Source: the human T2T-CHM13v2.0 reference genome, Homo sapiens
Strand: one strand, 5' to 3'
Length of the DNA stretch: 64,000 bases
Assembly (NCBI RefSeq): GCF_009914755.1
Contig: NC_060927.1
The notes beneath the pieces are model-generated. The model was not told the DNA's origin, searched no databases, and saw only the letters and a program-made list of their open reading frames with translations. Positions within the stretch are counted from its first letter, which is position 1, and each line of letters opens with the position of its first letter. Made by a program: the position numbers and the translations under genes. Below are positions 44,412-59,268 of the stretch, in pieces.

Positions 44412-44909
44412 CAGCTGCTTTTTAGGTAGGTGATAAGTAACTCCAATTGCTGAGAACATCGTCTTGAAACCATGTTTTCCTGGTAGCCTCCAAATAAGAG
44501 TTTTCTCCTCTAAAGACTCCAATATCATGTTCTGGTGAGTGTTCCTCAGCATGTGGTGAGAGCTGAAGTGGTGGCAGTCACTACTGATTGTGAGCAAGAT
44601 AATTTTAGGGTGTATGAGATTAGCCACTAATTTAAATTGTTATCTCTTTCTTTTACCTGTCAACAGTTTTTTTGATCCCTTAAGATCACTTGTCACTTAG
44701 GTCAGCACCTAAATGCATTTGATACTACTCTAATTAATGTTAGAAAATAAGAGGAGTTTCACAACATTTGGCATATAAGTACAATTTAACAATATTAAAT
44801 TACATTTCGTTGTATTTTTTGGGTGCTTACATTTTACATATGACAATAATGCTGGTTTTTCTATTCACAGTGTCGGTAAAAAGCTATCTTTTCAATAAAC
44901 TTAATTTTC

Positions 44910-45270
44910 AAAGTGTGTATATTCATATGATAGAATACTCAGCAATGAAAAACAAATGAACTATTGATGCATGCAGCAACATTAGTGTGTAGAATGTTAT
45001 GTTGTGTGAAGGACGCCAGATACTCAAGAAAAATACTGTATGTTTCTGTTGAAAGAGAACTCAAGAAGGGGCTAAACTAAGTTATAATAAAAAAATCAAT
45101 AGTGTTTGCCTATGAGAAACTCTGGTTGACTGGAAAGGGGCATAAGGAAACTTTATAGAGTGGCGGAAATGTTCTGTATCCTGATTTCATGGTGTTTACA
45201 CAGGTGTATAAATTTGTCAAAACTCATATAACTACACTTACCATCCACGTATTTTTACGTACACTTTAAC
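44910..45270 (+). mobile_element. L1ME-like 3' fragment
   Basis: tatattcatatgatagaatactcagcaatgaaaa...tttgtcaaaactcat. Confidence 0.75.
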
Positions 45271-45352
45271 TCAGTAAAGAGAGAGGGAGGGAGAAGGGAA
45301 GACAGAGGTAGAGCAAGAGAGAGTTTTGGGCAAAAGACTAGATATACTACAT

Positions 45353-46135
45353 TGTGTTACACTGATTTGACTGAGACTGGGAATTGTCTTTCTCAGAATC
45401 TCTTTTCCTGTGTGGCTGAGAGAGGTTCTGCACAATTCAGAAGGCAGCTGTGAAGGAGTAGTCATTGTTACCAAAGGTAGCTGTGGTTAGACACGATGTC
45501 TGTCCATTACAGAGGTGCCCAGACTGTCCTTGCTAGCTTTGCTCCTTGCCCAGCTCCTCTTCCTGACTGCCCATCCTGTTGACCAATGGCAGCCCCAGGG
45601 GTACCCCAGACGTTTAGCTGTGTAGCCCAGTAGCTGCTTCTGGCTATGCAGCTTGTAGCTATTTTTATAGACTCTTTACAAAATTCCCCTTGGCAGTCTC
45701 ACTTCAGAGGTGAATATATTTGATTTCTCACATGTTCCTACTACATATTGTCAGATAAAACGCAGGATATCAGTGAAATTTAAACTTTAGATAAACAATC
45801 AAATAGAAAAATTATACTCATATATTGCTTAAAGATGTTTATACTAAAAAGATGTGTTATTATCTGAAATTCAAATGTAATGGGGTGTTCTGTATTTTTA
45901 GTTGCTAAATCTGGCAATCTTATCCTTTAAGCTCTGACTGGATACCTGTACCTGTCCATCGATGGGGTGATGAGATCCTTTCTCTCTCTCTCAGACCTTC
46001 ACTTCCCCTGCTTGTTGCGCATTATTGTAAGGTCTAATTACTATAAGTAACTAATCTAGTTAATGTCATAAAAATACATTATTTGTGCAACTCTTATGGT
46101 GGCTCTATTTTCCTGACTAAACTCTGACTGATATG
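45353..46135 (+). mobile_element. Ancient ERVL-class LTR interrupted by MER53
   Basis: Ends gtggctctattttcctgactaaactctgactgata. Confidence 0.55.
45745..45921. mobile_element. MER53-like palindromic hAT MITE
   Basis: ttgtcagataaaacgcagga...ttatctgaaattcaaa...aaatctggcaatct. Confidence 0.8.
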
Positions 46136-46409
46136 GGAGGGGGGTCAGTTTAAAGGGAAACTTTAATTAAATGTACATTCATAAGAAAGTCACCTATGAT
46201 CAAATTTCAGCAAGTGGTACAGCTGCTCTAACACTGCACATTTCTCTTCCTTTGACATTGTGGTTCACAGGACAGATCCTTTTCATGGAGTTTAGTTCAG
46301 CACTACGCTTACATAGGTGTGATACAAATTTGTTTTTCCTCATCTTTAAGCAGACATAGCACATTCTAACATACCTTAACTACGCTCAGAGAAGTCAACC
46401 TGCTATTAT

Positions 46410-46620
46410 CATGAACAGACCATGGTTTTGGAGTCTAACAGGCCTGAAAACATATTTATTTTGTAACTATGTGATCTTGGACAGATTAGATAACTTCTTT
46501 AAATTTTGCTTTACAAGTCTGCAATGTGGTCTAGATAATCTCTCCTCTACATGGTTACTGTGAGAATTATTTCACATATGAAGAGTTCCTAATACAGTGA
46601 CTACTACACAGTAGATATTA
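46410..46620 (+). mobile_element. MIR
   Basis: ttttggagtc...ctatgtgatcttggacagatta. Confidence 0.6.
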
Positions 46621-47599
46621 TTTTTCATTGGCCACTTTTCTTGGTGGGAAGATATCTGTTTCTATCTTCTAAAATATTTATCTTTCATAACCTGGAGGCT
46701 TGTACAAGTCTTGTATAACCAACTTTCAGCCCTCTGGCTCTGGGAAATATATTCAAATTTCTGAAGTCTTTCATTCTGTCATGAACTTGCAATGCCCTTT
46801 CCTCTCTTAGAAAGCAGGGACACTCTGGCATTTACTTTAATACTTTAAACCTTAAGATATTAAGGTTTAATACCTTTGGGCTACATATATATGAGACATT
46901 TGATTTTGATGACATGTTTACATTTTTAAGATCATAGAAACTGGTTGTTTCAGATGATTTTAGTTACTGGTATTTTGTTTAACTCCCTAAAGGAGTAAGA
47001 GAACCTTTATGAAAACGCCAATTTTTGTCTTTTATCTTTGGCAGAAGGAAGTAAACCAAGTCTGTAAATAATAAAAAGTCAGGGCTGATGTATTGCCAAA
47101 ATAAGGAATAGATGAGTCACAAAAGCAAAAGGAAAGGTTGAACTAGCCAGATATTTGATGACATTAAAGAATTATTATTTTTAAATGAAATAATGCTATT
47201 ATGTTTCTGTTAAAGGAAAAGAATCCATGCCTTTTAAAAATTAAAAAGAAAACAGAAATGTTGAAAAGTATTCTTTGAGATGAAGAAATAAAAATATTAA
47301 AAATATATTATCCAGAGTAAGGTGACACTGATATAATCAAATAGAGACATTAAAATTCTTGGCTCCCCCTTGGGAGCGGAAGAGGAGCATCCTAGGTTGA
47401 ATCAGAAATAGTCATTCAAAAAACAGAAGTAATGACAGAAACAAATGAAATGGGGAGAGACACCAATTTGTGAAAACACAGGAAATGTTCTGTCCTTTTA
47501 CTCCTCCTCTGAGCACTCACCCATCTCCCAGCTACCTCATAAGTCTTCATTCATCCTCGTCCTAACTCTTGGTTTCTTTATTTCCCCGAATCACTGCTT

Positions 47600-47963
47600 T
47601 AATATGGTTTGACTGTGTCCCCACCCAAATCTCATCTTGAGCTGTAGCTCCCATAATTCCCATGTGTGGTGGGAGTGACTCAGTGGGAGGTAATTGAATC
47701 ATGGGGGTGGGTCTTTCCTGTGCTGTTCTTGTGATAATGCATATGTCTCATGAGAGCTGATGGTTTTAAAAAGGGGAGTTCCCCTACCCAAGCTCTCTTG
47801 CCTGCTGCCATGTAAGATGTGACTTTGCTCTTCCTTTGCCTTCCACCATGATTGTGAGGCCTCCCCAGCCATGTTGGACTGTGAGTCAATTAAACCTCTT
47901 TCCTTTATAGATTACCCAGTCTCAGTTATGTCTTTATTAGCAGCATGAAAACAGGCTAATACA
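47600..47963 (+). mobile_element. THE1B-like MaLR solo LTR
   Basis: atatggtttgactgtgtccccacccaaatctc...ggctaataca; ctgct on both flanks. Confidence 0.92.
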
Positions 47964-48699
47964 CTGCTCACAGATCTTCTACTCCTACCACTTTCTGCAA
48001 AGTTTCAAGAGCTTCTTCATGTTTCTCAATTCCTGCATTCATTCAATTCTGCAGTGCTTTTCTTCAGTGGATCTTGGGGAACATGCAGTTATATTATATC
48101 CCTCTCTCTATCTATTCTTCCTCTTTCAATTTCCCGGTCAGCGAATTGAATGTCTATCCACCCAGCTGTATCTATTCTAATCCAGTAGTCTCTCAGATGC
48201 ATTTATTTCACTACTATTATCTGTTGCCTGAAATATTGAGGTTGTTTCTTAAGTAAGCCATCCTGCCTTCAAGGTTTTGAAGTGAGAGGCAAGATTTGCA
48301 GACCATAGAATTCCAACATTTTAAGTCTCATTTACACAAGCAATTTAAAAAATAGTCATAAATAAGAAATCTGTGTAAAGGATGATTAGCAGGAAACAAG
48401 TATTGCAGTCTATCAGAAAAAGTCTCAATAAGCCATTCCTTTTTGTAGCTTAAGAAATAAATTCCAGTCATGTGTTCCTTTGTACTTATACTACGAGAGA
48501 GTCTCAAATCATACCAGCCATAAAAGTAGAAGATGCAAACACCAGAGCAGATCATGGTTCCGATGGTAAGGAAACAGAGACAATCTCTGATTGTTTTAGT
48601 TCCCCATAAATGCAACTAGTTAGCAGACACTTGTTCTTTGATTAACTTTGTGTCTCCAGAATAGTGACACTCTTGGCTTTACAAATAATAAAATCCAGT

Positions 48700-49077
48700 G
48701 GACATTTAAAAAGAAAGATTCCAAGACAAGAATTTGGGTTTTAGAAGTTTATTTAGGAGGCAGCAAAATGAGGAAGTAGGAAAACTGGGGAAAGGTGCCC
48801 TCTGAGAGACCATATAGAGTACACCTCAGAATTCCAGGACCTACAAAGCCTGCTACAGAATTTTATCTACCAGCCTCAATCCCTCATTGGTTGATAGTTG
48901 CTTATGGGAACATTAATTCTCCAGCACGTTTGCCCTGTACCACTCACGGGTCAGACTGCTCTCTTAGACATAAAGACACGGTGCTTAAGGGATTCACAGT
49001 AGTGTACATGGGAAGCTGCAGCTGATCTCCAGGGAGTGCTGAAGGGATGTAGGTGGGGCACCAACTTTGTCTGTTAC
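48700..49077 (-). mobile_element. Ancient ERVL-class LTR
   Basis: agattccaagacaagaatttggg..agtttatttaggagg. Confidence 0.55.
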
Positions 49078-49730
49078 AAAACAGAAGAAGGGTTAGTCAC
49101 CAATACATCTCAAGAAGTCACATTAACAGACCTATAAATTGGTTCTAGAGCCAATTCTACATCTTAAATTTACAGAATCTCTGTAAAGGGATGCACAGTG
49201 GGAAGAAACCTTTGGTCCATATGATATTAAGTTCTCATCACAAATAGGAAATCTAGCAGAGAGTTATTCCTAACACTTCACAGGCTTCCTCATGGTGAAT
49301 CAACGCAGAGGTGTGCTGCACCCAGTAAAAACTTCCTACATGCATATTGAGCTTTCTTAAAAGATAATTCAAAATAATCTGGGCCTCTCTTCTCCCTCAG
49401 ATCTAGTACCCCTTCTCAATACTGCCTTCAAACCCTCCATACAGTAAAATAGCAATTTTTGTTTAGTAAGAAATAATTTTGTGACTTGGGAAGTTGTTAT
49501 AAGTTATATATATGTATATAAAATATAATTTATATATCATATATGTTATTAAGTCATATATAAAAATATATTAAAAATCAGTCTAAATATTTCAAGGATA
49601 ATTTTCATCATCTTATAAAACTAAAATATTGTTCTAATTTTTCTCCATTCATGGCATAGGAAAAATTCCAGTGGTCATCCAATAAAATCAGTCAACAAAT
49701 TTGAAATTTAGTATAAAAGCTCCATATATT

Positions 49731-50029
49731 ACCAGGCACAGTGGCTCATGCCTGTAATCCCAGCACTATGGGAGGCCGAAGTGGGCAGATTGCTTGAACC
49801 TAGGAGTTTGAGACCAGCCCGGATGATGTGGTGAAACCCTATCTCTACAAAAAGATACAAAAATTAGCTGGGTATGGCGGTACGTGCCTACAGTCCCAGC
49901 TGCTGGGGGGCTGAGGTGGGAGGATCATTTGAGCCCAGGAGGTAGAGGCTGCAGTGAGCCATTATCACACCACTGCACTCCAGCTTGGGTGACAGAGTGA
50001 GACACTGTCTCAAAAAGAAAAAAGAAAAA
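49731..50029 (+). mobile_element. AluJb-like
   Basis: ggtgggaggatcatttgagcccagg. Confidence 0.92.
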
Positions 50030-51079
50030 GCCTCACAGACAGCAGGAAGAATGAAACACTATAAAATATTTGCTTTCAATTTATTACTGAAGACTATAAA
50101 CAGTTTTCAGTGTTTCATAAATATCAAAAATATATACTTTCTTCTGAAAATTGAAATATTAGTCCTTTGTTTATGTAATTTATAAGTGATTTAGCTCATT
50201 TTTGCCAATTACTTGTATAATGTACATTTGAAATAATTACTATTGTCTGACTAGAACTGAGCATTTTCTTTCTGTTCACTGGTAGTTCAGCACTCTGTAT
50301 AATTATATAGACATCTTTCTTTCCTTTTGTATATTTTTTTGGGTGTGTGCCTTATCCTTGCCAGCTTATACTTGCCAGCTATTTGGTGTTCATTTCTATG
50401 GAAGCAATTATTACAGATACAGACTACCCGCCACAGCATAGTTCCTATCACTATTTGTTAGCCAAAGTAATTCTTCTACAGGGGTAATTAATATAGAATG
50501 GTGGCTGTTAAAACTTGACAAGAAGCCTCCCTGTCGCTAGATGACTTATTATCCAACCCTGATTGGGAAAATGGTATTGATGTAACTTATTCCTGTATAA
50601 TGGAAATTTGGTGGATCCTGATTTTTATTATGAAATCCAAAGTGTGATAAGTGGCCCCTTTTTAGACCCTAGCAAGTAGGGTGCAGAACCATGATTAAAG
50701 TTTAGACAGTCAAAAACTTTTAAAATTTGAGTTAGTCATGTAAAGGTAAAGTTTGGAATTCATTTCCTTGACACTGACCAGTGGTAGTTGTGAGCTACTG
50801 ACCCAGGTGGGCGTTTGTACACTGGTAGTCCCAAGAGTGGACTGTTCACCAGACTATTCCTGGAATATAGCCTTGGCTGGGTTTCTTGGACTATCTAAAG
50901 TCCTGTCATTCCTGAGCTAAATTCTCAAGCTTTCCAATGGCTTCTGTGACCTATCCAGTATCCTTCCAACAATTAACTTTTTACTGCTTAAATCTATCCT
51001 AATAATTTTGATGCCTACAAACTAGTACCCTGACTGACATATGCATTTTATTATAATATTAATAATGATGGTGAGTTCT

Positions 51080-51260
51080 TAAATGTGTGAAATTTGTCTT
51101 AGTTTTCAAAGTACTTTCACATGCATTATCATATTTAGCTCCAGGATATCAGATGAAAATAATGAGCCTCAAAGAAGTTAAATGATTTAGCAAGGTCATG
51201 CTGCTAGGAAGTGACAGGGCTTGAATTTGGCCTCCTGGCACACTGTCCAGTGTGCTTTGT
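51080..51260 (-). mobile_element. MIR fragment
   Basis: cagatgaaaataatgagcc..gttaaatgatttagcaaggtca. Confidence 0.65.
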
Positions 51261-51762
51261 TTGCTTGTTTTTTATACTGCACTATGCTTCTTTGTCTAGA
51301 AATGCAAAACTGGCCACTGATTTCATTCAAAATAAATGTTTCAATTACAAAATCTTGTACAACTCAAATCAGTACTAATTGAACAAAACAATGGATGATT
51401 AGCCAAATGTTTTACATTTTTGCTGGCTTTTGCAAAATATATCTGACAAATCCACACTGTCTTTTCTTTTTCTGCACTTTAATTTTTCATCAAGAACCAG
51501 AACAATGAAATGAATGCTGATTCAAATTGTAACATTTAGGAATTTTAGAACGGGGGCAACTTAACTTTTCAGAGGCTAAAAGTATAAGGCAATCAGAGCT
51601 TTTGAATGTCAGAAGGACTCTCAGGAATACTTGTAACGTGATTGGAAACTTCTAGCACCACCAAGTAACATTAGAGTGCAGTATTAGTTACAGCTTTCTG
51701 GGACAAATACTAAGAACGTAGTGCTTCTGAAAAATATTTTTAAGTGTATTTTAAATGCTGAT

Positions 51763-52347
51763 TGCATTAGCCAAGGTTCTCCAAAGAAAGAGAACCAATA
51801 GGACATATAGAGAGATATATAAGAGAAGATTTATTATGGTAATTGGCTCATATAATTATGGAGGCTGAGAAGATCCACAATATGCCATCTGTAAGCTGGG
51901 GAACCAGGAAAGCACATGGTATAATTTAGTCCAAGTCCAAAAATCTGGGAACTAGGGGAGCCAATGGTGTAACTCCCACTCCCAAGCCAAATGTCTGAGC
52001 ACCAGGGGAAGAAGAGAGACAGGAGCTGATGATATCAGGCTGGGGTAAGTCCTCAAAAGGCATCATCTAAAGCCTGAGAACCAGCAGCTCTGATGTCTGA
52101 GGGCAGGAAAAGACAATGTTCCAGCTCAAGCCAAGCTTCCTCCTCTTTTTTTATTTTATTCAGGTCCTAAACAGATTAGATGATACCTTCTCACATCAGT
52201 GAGGGAAGATCTTTTTTACCCAGTCTGCTAATTCAAATGCTAATCACTTCTGGTAACAACTTTTACAGACACATCCAGAAATACTGTTTTACCAGCTATC
52301 TGGGCTTACACTAGTCACATTGACAAATACAATTAAGTAGCATCACG
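51763..52347 (-). mobile_element. MLT2B-like (HERV-L) LTR
   Basis: ggttctccaaagaaagagaaccaatagga...ttatggaggctgagaag...cacatccagaaata. Confidence 0.88.
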
Positions 52348-52644
52348 TGGCTAAAATATAATTACTTTTTATATAAGTACTTGTACACATGTGTCTATTC
52401 TTCCTAATATTCTCTACTTACCCCCAAGATTGAATAAAAATATAAGTAATTGCTTAATTGCTTAATAATTAATAGCTTAATAATTAAATATAATAAAAAA
52501 TATATTAATTTCCTCATAGTAACTACCCTGCAAGTCAGCCTTGGTCGAACATCATCCCTATCAGACCTCTGAAGGTTTTAACCTTCAAGGAAGATTATTA
52601 AATCTTAAAAAACACACAATCAGTATGGGGCAGGGAAGAGGAAG

Positions 52645-53103
52645 TTGCATTTCTGTTTTGCACTGGGCTTTGTTCTAGGTGACATGTCTTGGTGTATTAG
52701 TTAGACATTAGCATGTGGGATGTCTATTAAGGAGTCATTGTATGTGATAAACACCTATTGGAAAAACAAAACAGAATTTGGCACAGAGAGAAGCCAAACT
52801 GCATGTAAGTCTCAGTGAAGGCTTCAGCTGATCCTGAGGGGAGTACAGAGGATGAGAGAACCCATTGGAACTGTTATAAATTTGGTTGAAAGGACCAAGT
52901 CTTTATACTCACACCTCTGTCAGTCATTGGATTTGGGCTGCCCCAGGAAGCAGGTGTGACTTGGGGTGAAAGTCTCTTCAACAGAGGTAGTACCTGAAGG
53001 GGATGACAGCTGAGGGCTGTCTGTTGCAGCATCCTGGCAGTTGGTATACTAAAATTTTCATTTCTGAAAAAGCTTCTAGATAATGCATTGTAGTGTCCAC
53101 CAC
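52645..53103 (-). mobile_element. Ancient ERVL-class LTR
   Basis: cagtcattggatttgggctgcccc motif, similar to ctgtcattggc in the 20200 element. Confidence 0.55.
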
Positions 53104-53594
53104 ATAGTGTGTCAGCTGCTATTGAGAGGCAAAATATGTCAAGACCTGAGACTTGACCATTGGTGGAAGTCACTGGTGTACTCTTTTTCTTAATGATGGA
53201 TGCTTACAACATTTGTGTTAAGTTTCAGGCCATAAAAAAATGTGTAGCTCTTCTTACTTGATAGTGAATAATCCATTTTCTGGATCTTCTCCCTGGCTCA
53301 ACTGGATCAAAAACTATTTTCTCACTGTAGCCTAAGGAATGTCACCTACTGATTTCCTTTGTCCTGGCTTATATCTCACATTTAGAGTTAGAAGTAGAAT
53401 TCATTTCCCCTAAAACATTTATATTGTGCAGGGGAAGTGTGGAAACTTGAATGAAAATAGGGGCATTGTCAAGAGAGGGGAAAGCATATATTGGGGAACT
53501 AATCATAATGACTAACAATGGATACCGCATTACTTAGTTTCTGTGTTCATTTGGAATAATTGATTTCACTAATTTATGCAACAAATCTTTGTTT

Positions 53595-53886
53595 AGACCA
53601 GGTCGCGTTGCTCACTCCTGTAATCCCAGCACTTTGGGAGGCCAAGGAGGGAAGATTGTTTGAGCTCAGGAGTTTGAGACCAGCCTGGGCAACACAGTGG
53701 GACCCCATCTCTACAAAAAATAAGAATTAGCCAGGCATGGTGGTGCATGCATGTAGTCCCAGCCTGCAAGGCTGAGGTGGGAGGACCCCTTGAGCCTCGG
53801 GGGATGAGACTACAGTGAGCTATAATTGCACCACTGTAATCCAGCCTGGGTGACAGATTGAGACCCTGTCTCAAAAGAAAAAAAAA
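53595..53886 (+). mobile_element. AluJ
   Basis: gtgagctataattgcaccactg; J-type left arm. Confidence 0.92.
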
Positions 53887-54137
53887 TTATTGTTAACTTT
53901 AGGCCAGGTACCAAGGATTCAGCTGCATACTAGACATAACGTGTCTATGCTCCTTGATTTAGTGTTTTCCAGAGGGAGGAAGAAAAAACAAATAACAAGT
54001 CTTATAGATTGTGTTAATTGCACTTAAGCAAACAAAGACAACAATATGACTGACATTAAGAGACGATGTTTCAGAAATGTGATCAGAGAGGATTTCATTA
54101 GAAAGTGATATTTTCAGCAACCCTGTATTATTTTGCT

Positions 54138-54433
<296 letters not shown>

Positions 54434-55294
54434 TAAGGAGGGAGTGAAGGAGGAAAAGTATTGAAGAACAAAAGATTTACTAAAGATTGCACACTAGATT
54501 ATTCTTTTATGCTGCTGTTGTTACTTTGGAGGAAATTAGAATATGCTCCATTCTACTGCCATGAAAATCTAAAAATCTTATACCTGTCTCAGAGAAAGGC
54601 CAGAGAAAATTGCTATATATAAAACTACTAGATTTAAATGGCTATCAATGTTCTTGAAACTTTAATTAGCCTGAGTGGTACTTAAAGCCATGCAGTCAGG
54701 AAGGAAGATGGTGGGGAGGGAAGAGAAGTGGATTATGCAGCTGTTTCAGGGGCATACACTTCCACAAAAATATTATGCAGAGCCCAGCATGAAATAGATT
54801 CTTAGCATATGCTTATTGAGTAAACATATGCATATTAAAAATTTTCTATATAAATAGCACTAACAAACATATTGACTACCTACTCAGTATAATGCCTTCT
54901 CCCACGTTTTTGTAATTGAAAAGAAACTGTATGATTAACAGTGATAACTGATTCTTAGAGAACAAATTTATACACTGAGATCACATAAGAATGCACAAGG
55001 AGCAGTGTATGAAATCTTAAATGAACAAGCAATGCCATGAAATTGCTCCTTTGGTGCTAAAAACCAAACTTATTGGTTTGGGGAAATGGAGATGATATTG
55101 TCTAGTTTATTTGGTGTCATTATGTATTATAAAATCCATTCCAATTTAGTTACATCTGAAAATTCATTGTAATAAACTTTATTTACTCCACTAACTCAGA
55201 TGAAAATTATGTTTTAGGAAGTAGAAACAGTAGTAGTTTGGGTAGAGAATAAAAAAATGTATTCTAGAAGTCGGTGAGCACATAGATAGCTAGT

Positions 55295-58200
55295 AGAGGA
55301 CTGCATGGGAGCTAATTTCCAAATATGGTCCCCAAATGAATCAAGGTTCTTCATAATTTCCTTCTTCTATGGCCCCTTCCACAGTGATTGGAATTGGCCT
55401 TGTATAATCAAGAGAATACAGCAGAAGTGATGCTGAGTGACATTTGAGATTAGGTCATGTCAAGCCTTGCAACTTTCACTTGAGTTTCTTAAAATGCTCC
55501 TTCTGGAAGTCAGTGCCATGAAAGTATTCCAGCTACTGTGAGACTCCTACACTCTTCAGAGAGGCCACTTAGACAAAAAGAGATGCTTGACTCCACTCAG
55601 CTATTTCAATCCACGCATCACATGCAAGAAAATAAGCTATCTTGATTTTTTTGAACTCTATTAGACCCCACAGAGGAGAATAGAAAAACCAAGTTGACCT
55701 CTAGAACTAAAGCGCTGGAAGTGGCCCCAGTGATGCCATGCCAATCATCTCCAGTCATTTCAGCCACTCCAGCTGAGGCCCAAACTTGCAGGAAGAGGGA
55801 AAAGCCATCCCACCATGCCCTGACAAAATACCTGAACCACAGAATGAACATACATATAAATTGTTGCTATTTAACCTGCTAAAAGTTTGGAATGGTTTGT
55901 TACTCAGGAATATATACCAGAACCAAAATTTGGTACCAGAGGCAGGTTTTTTTTTGTTGTTAACAAAAATGCAAAGCATGTGCCTTTGAATTTGGGAGCT
56001 TGTGTTGAGTGGAGGAGTAAAGGATCCCAAGTAGACTGTGAGAGTGGAAAAAGAATGCAGAAAAAGTGTTATTGGAGGCTGCAGAAAAGATAAACTGTGT
56101 AATATTGTGGTAGAAAATTTAGAAAAATTGCTGACAGCTGCAATGGAAATGTGGTGGTTTTAGAATATTTCCACAAATTCTTTGATACTCCCCCTTTTAA
56201 GAAGTGGAGCCTAATTTCCCTCCTTGAGTGTAGGCTGAATTTAGTGAGTTGCTGCTAATGAAAAAGTGAAATAAAAATGTATGACTTCAAAGAGTAGGTT
56301 ATAAAAGAAACTGCAGCTTCTTACTTGCCCTCTCTTTGGTAGACTGTCAAAAGATGCCTATTATGCTGGGAGGACTCCCTGACTACCCTGTGAAACCAAC
56401 ACCTTCTGCCAGCAGCCCATGCAGAACTGAGGAGTTCTGCCAATAGTGACATGACTCAGCACCTAGATTGTTGATCCTCCAGCTTCAGGCGTGTTGACAG
56501 TTGGCCACAAACCCCACTGACATCTTGATTGCAGATTCATGAAGAGTCTTGAGCCAGAAGCATCCAGCTAAGGCACTTCCAGATTCTTGATTCTCAGAAA
56601 CTATGTGAGAAAATAATTTTTGTGTTGTTTTATCTTAAGATGCTAAATTTCAAGGTAATTTTTTACACGGCAATAATAATATAGGGGGCACAGAAAATAA
56701 AAATGAGCCTATCAACTAGAGGATCTTGTTTAGCAGACATTAAGGCAGAATGTTGAGAGAGCCAGCTGGTTCCTTTTAGTTGTGTATAATGAACTATGGC
56801 TATAGAGAGATGAGATAAAGAAGGAACTGGTCACTTTTTAAGCTGAAATTTGAGGATACATGAAAGAGCCAGGATTAGCTTCAGATTACAAAAGATTCTC
56901 AGTTTAAGTAACAGACTCAAAACAAGGTCAAATACAGCATCTTGCCAGTAAAATGTGACCACAGAGCCATAATGGGATGAAATTTTCAGGAAGAGGATAA
57001 GTATAATTTTCAAGTGTATGGGATGTGGGTTGTTGTGGTCAGAGAGCTGATGGTAAAAGAGTGCATTGTCCCAAAGATGAGAGCAATAGTATCTCTAAAC
57101 CCACGTGCTTCTTCTGCAGTGTAACCTTCCTAATTCTACTTCAGAGAGGACATTTATTTCTCCACCTTCTGGAATCTGGGTTGACAATGCAACTACCATG
57201 ACAAAATGAAAGCAGTGGAAGTAATGCTGACCTTGTGCTGACCTTGTCATGGGTATAGCCCTTGGATGGCTAGGCAGTTTCCATTTTCTGTCTCTGAGAA
57301 GCCAGACACCATGTAAGAAATGTGACTATCCTGAGACCACCACACTGTACAAAATACAAGCTATATATGGAGGTCCTGCAGGATGGCACATCATGTACAG
57401 AGAGACAGAGCGGCTCAAAGCCACTGAGGTATCCATCATGTGAATAAAGAACCTATCTTGGAAGTGGATGTTCTTCCAGTCTTTTTAGTCTGTTGCATGC
57501 TGCTATAATAGAACACCAGAAACTGAATAATTTATGAACAATAGAAGTTTATGTGGTTCACAGTCCTGGAGGCTGGGAATTCCAAGATTAAGAGGACATT
57601 TATTACAGAAGACATCACATGTGCAAAAGGTGTCATAAAGGCAAGAGAGTATGCAAGGGAGGGCAACAGGGGGCCAAACTCTCTTTTATAATAAACCTAC
57701 TATGATAAGAACATTAATGCATTTATGAGAGCAGAGCCCCCATGACCTAAATACCTCCCATTAGGGCACCACCTCCCCAAACTATTACACTGGGGATTAA
57801 ATTTCCAACACATGAACTTGGAGGACATATTCAAACCATAGCGAGCCCCAACTGACATGTACCACCCACCTAAGATTATTTCTATGTCATGATAAAAATA
57901 AAATGGTTCTTTTAAAATACTAACTTTGGTGTGATTTGTTCTATACCAATAAATTAGAACTCTAATTCTGCATGACTCACTTGAACACTGCTCTATCAAA
58001 AAGCACAAAGCAAAGCTAGTGACTTGGTTCTGACAAATGAAATACAGTAAAAGGAATGAGATGTCACTTTGGAGACTAGGCTATTAAAAGACTATGATTT
58101 CTATCTCGGTGCACTCTCTCACTCTCATTCCCTCTCTTTAAGGGAAGCCGGGAAGCTGGCTGTCATGCTGTGAAGCGGCCCTGGAAAGCTGGAATCCAAC

Positions 58201-58541
58201 TTCCATATCATGATGACACTCAGGCAGCCTATCAGGAAGGAAGCCCATATAGGAAAAAATGAGGACTGCTGGCCACCATATTAAGCTTGGGAGACTGTCT
58301 GAGGTCTGACAATAGTCACATAAGTGAATTGGGAAATGGACCCTCCCCTAGTTGGGCCTCAAGATAATTGAACTGCAGTGGAAAGCTTGAATGCAATCTT
58401 TTGAGAGATGTTGAGGGAAAACCACCCAAACACATTACTGCCAGATTACTGACCAATAGAATCGATGAAATAGTAAATGTTTGTTGTTTTAATCCACTCA
58501 TTTCAAAGTAATTTATTATGCACCAATAGATAACTAATGCA
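55295..58541 (+). mobile_element. Nested MaLR cluster: several MLT1 LTRs plus probable MLT1-internal sequence
   Basis: Four MLT1-type 3' ends near 55915, 56683, 57950 and 58541; internal-like sequence after 55920 (tttggtaccaga). Confidence 0.7.
57480..57842 (-). mobile_element. MST/MLT1A-like LTR inserted in an MLT1
   Basis: ttagtctg..gctgctataatagaacacc...ggacatattcaaaccatagc. Confidence 0.8.
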
Positions 58542-58594
58542 ACTAATACAATCCTCTTCTACTCTTCTTAGTTTTTTTTTTTTCCTTCTGTTGA

Positions 58595-58933
<339 letters not shown>

Positions 58934-58939
58934 TGTTTC

Positions 58940-59268
58940 TCTTTTTATTTTATCTTTTTCTCTGCCTAAGATGTTTATCTTTTTAAAATTCTTTATACTT
59001 TTTAAAATCCTTAGCTTTATACTCTGATGTATTGGGTCAAATTTTCATTGTATGTATTATTCTGCTTGAGGTTCACAGTTATTCTACAACTTTTTTTTAT
59101 AACTTTCCAATAATTTGGAAATTGAAGCCATATCTTTCCACATATTGCTTCTATACCATTCTTTCTTCTCTTTCTGAGACTCCAATTTCAAACATGATAA
59201 AACTTCTCAGTATGTCCCTCAGGATTTTTATGCTGTCTTGTGCATTCTTCATTATTTTAATTCTCTGT
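58940..59268 (-). mobile_element. Old L1M internal fragment
   Basis: tttctgagactccaatt and tttggaaatt..agcca motifs. Confidence 0.5.
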
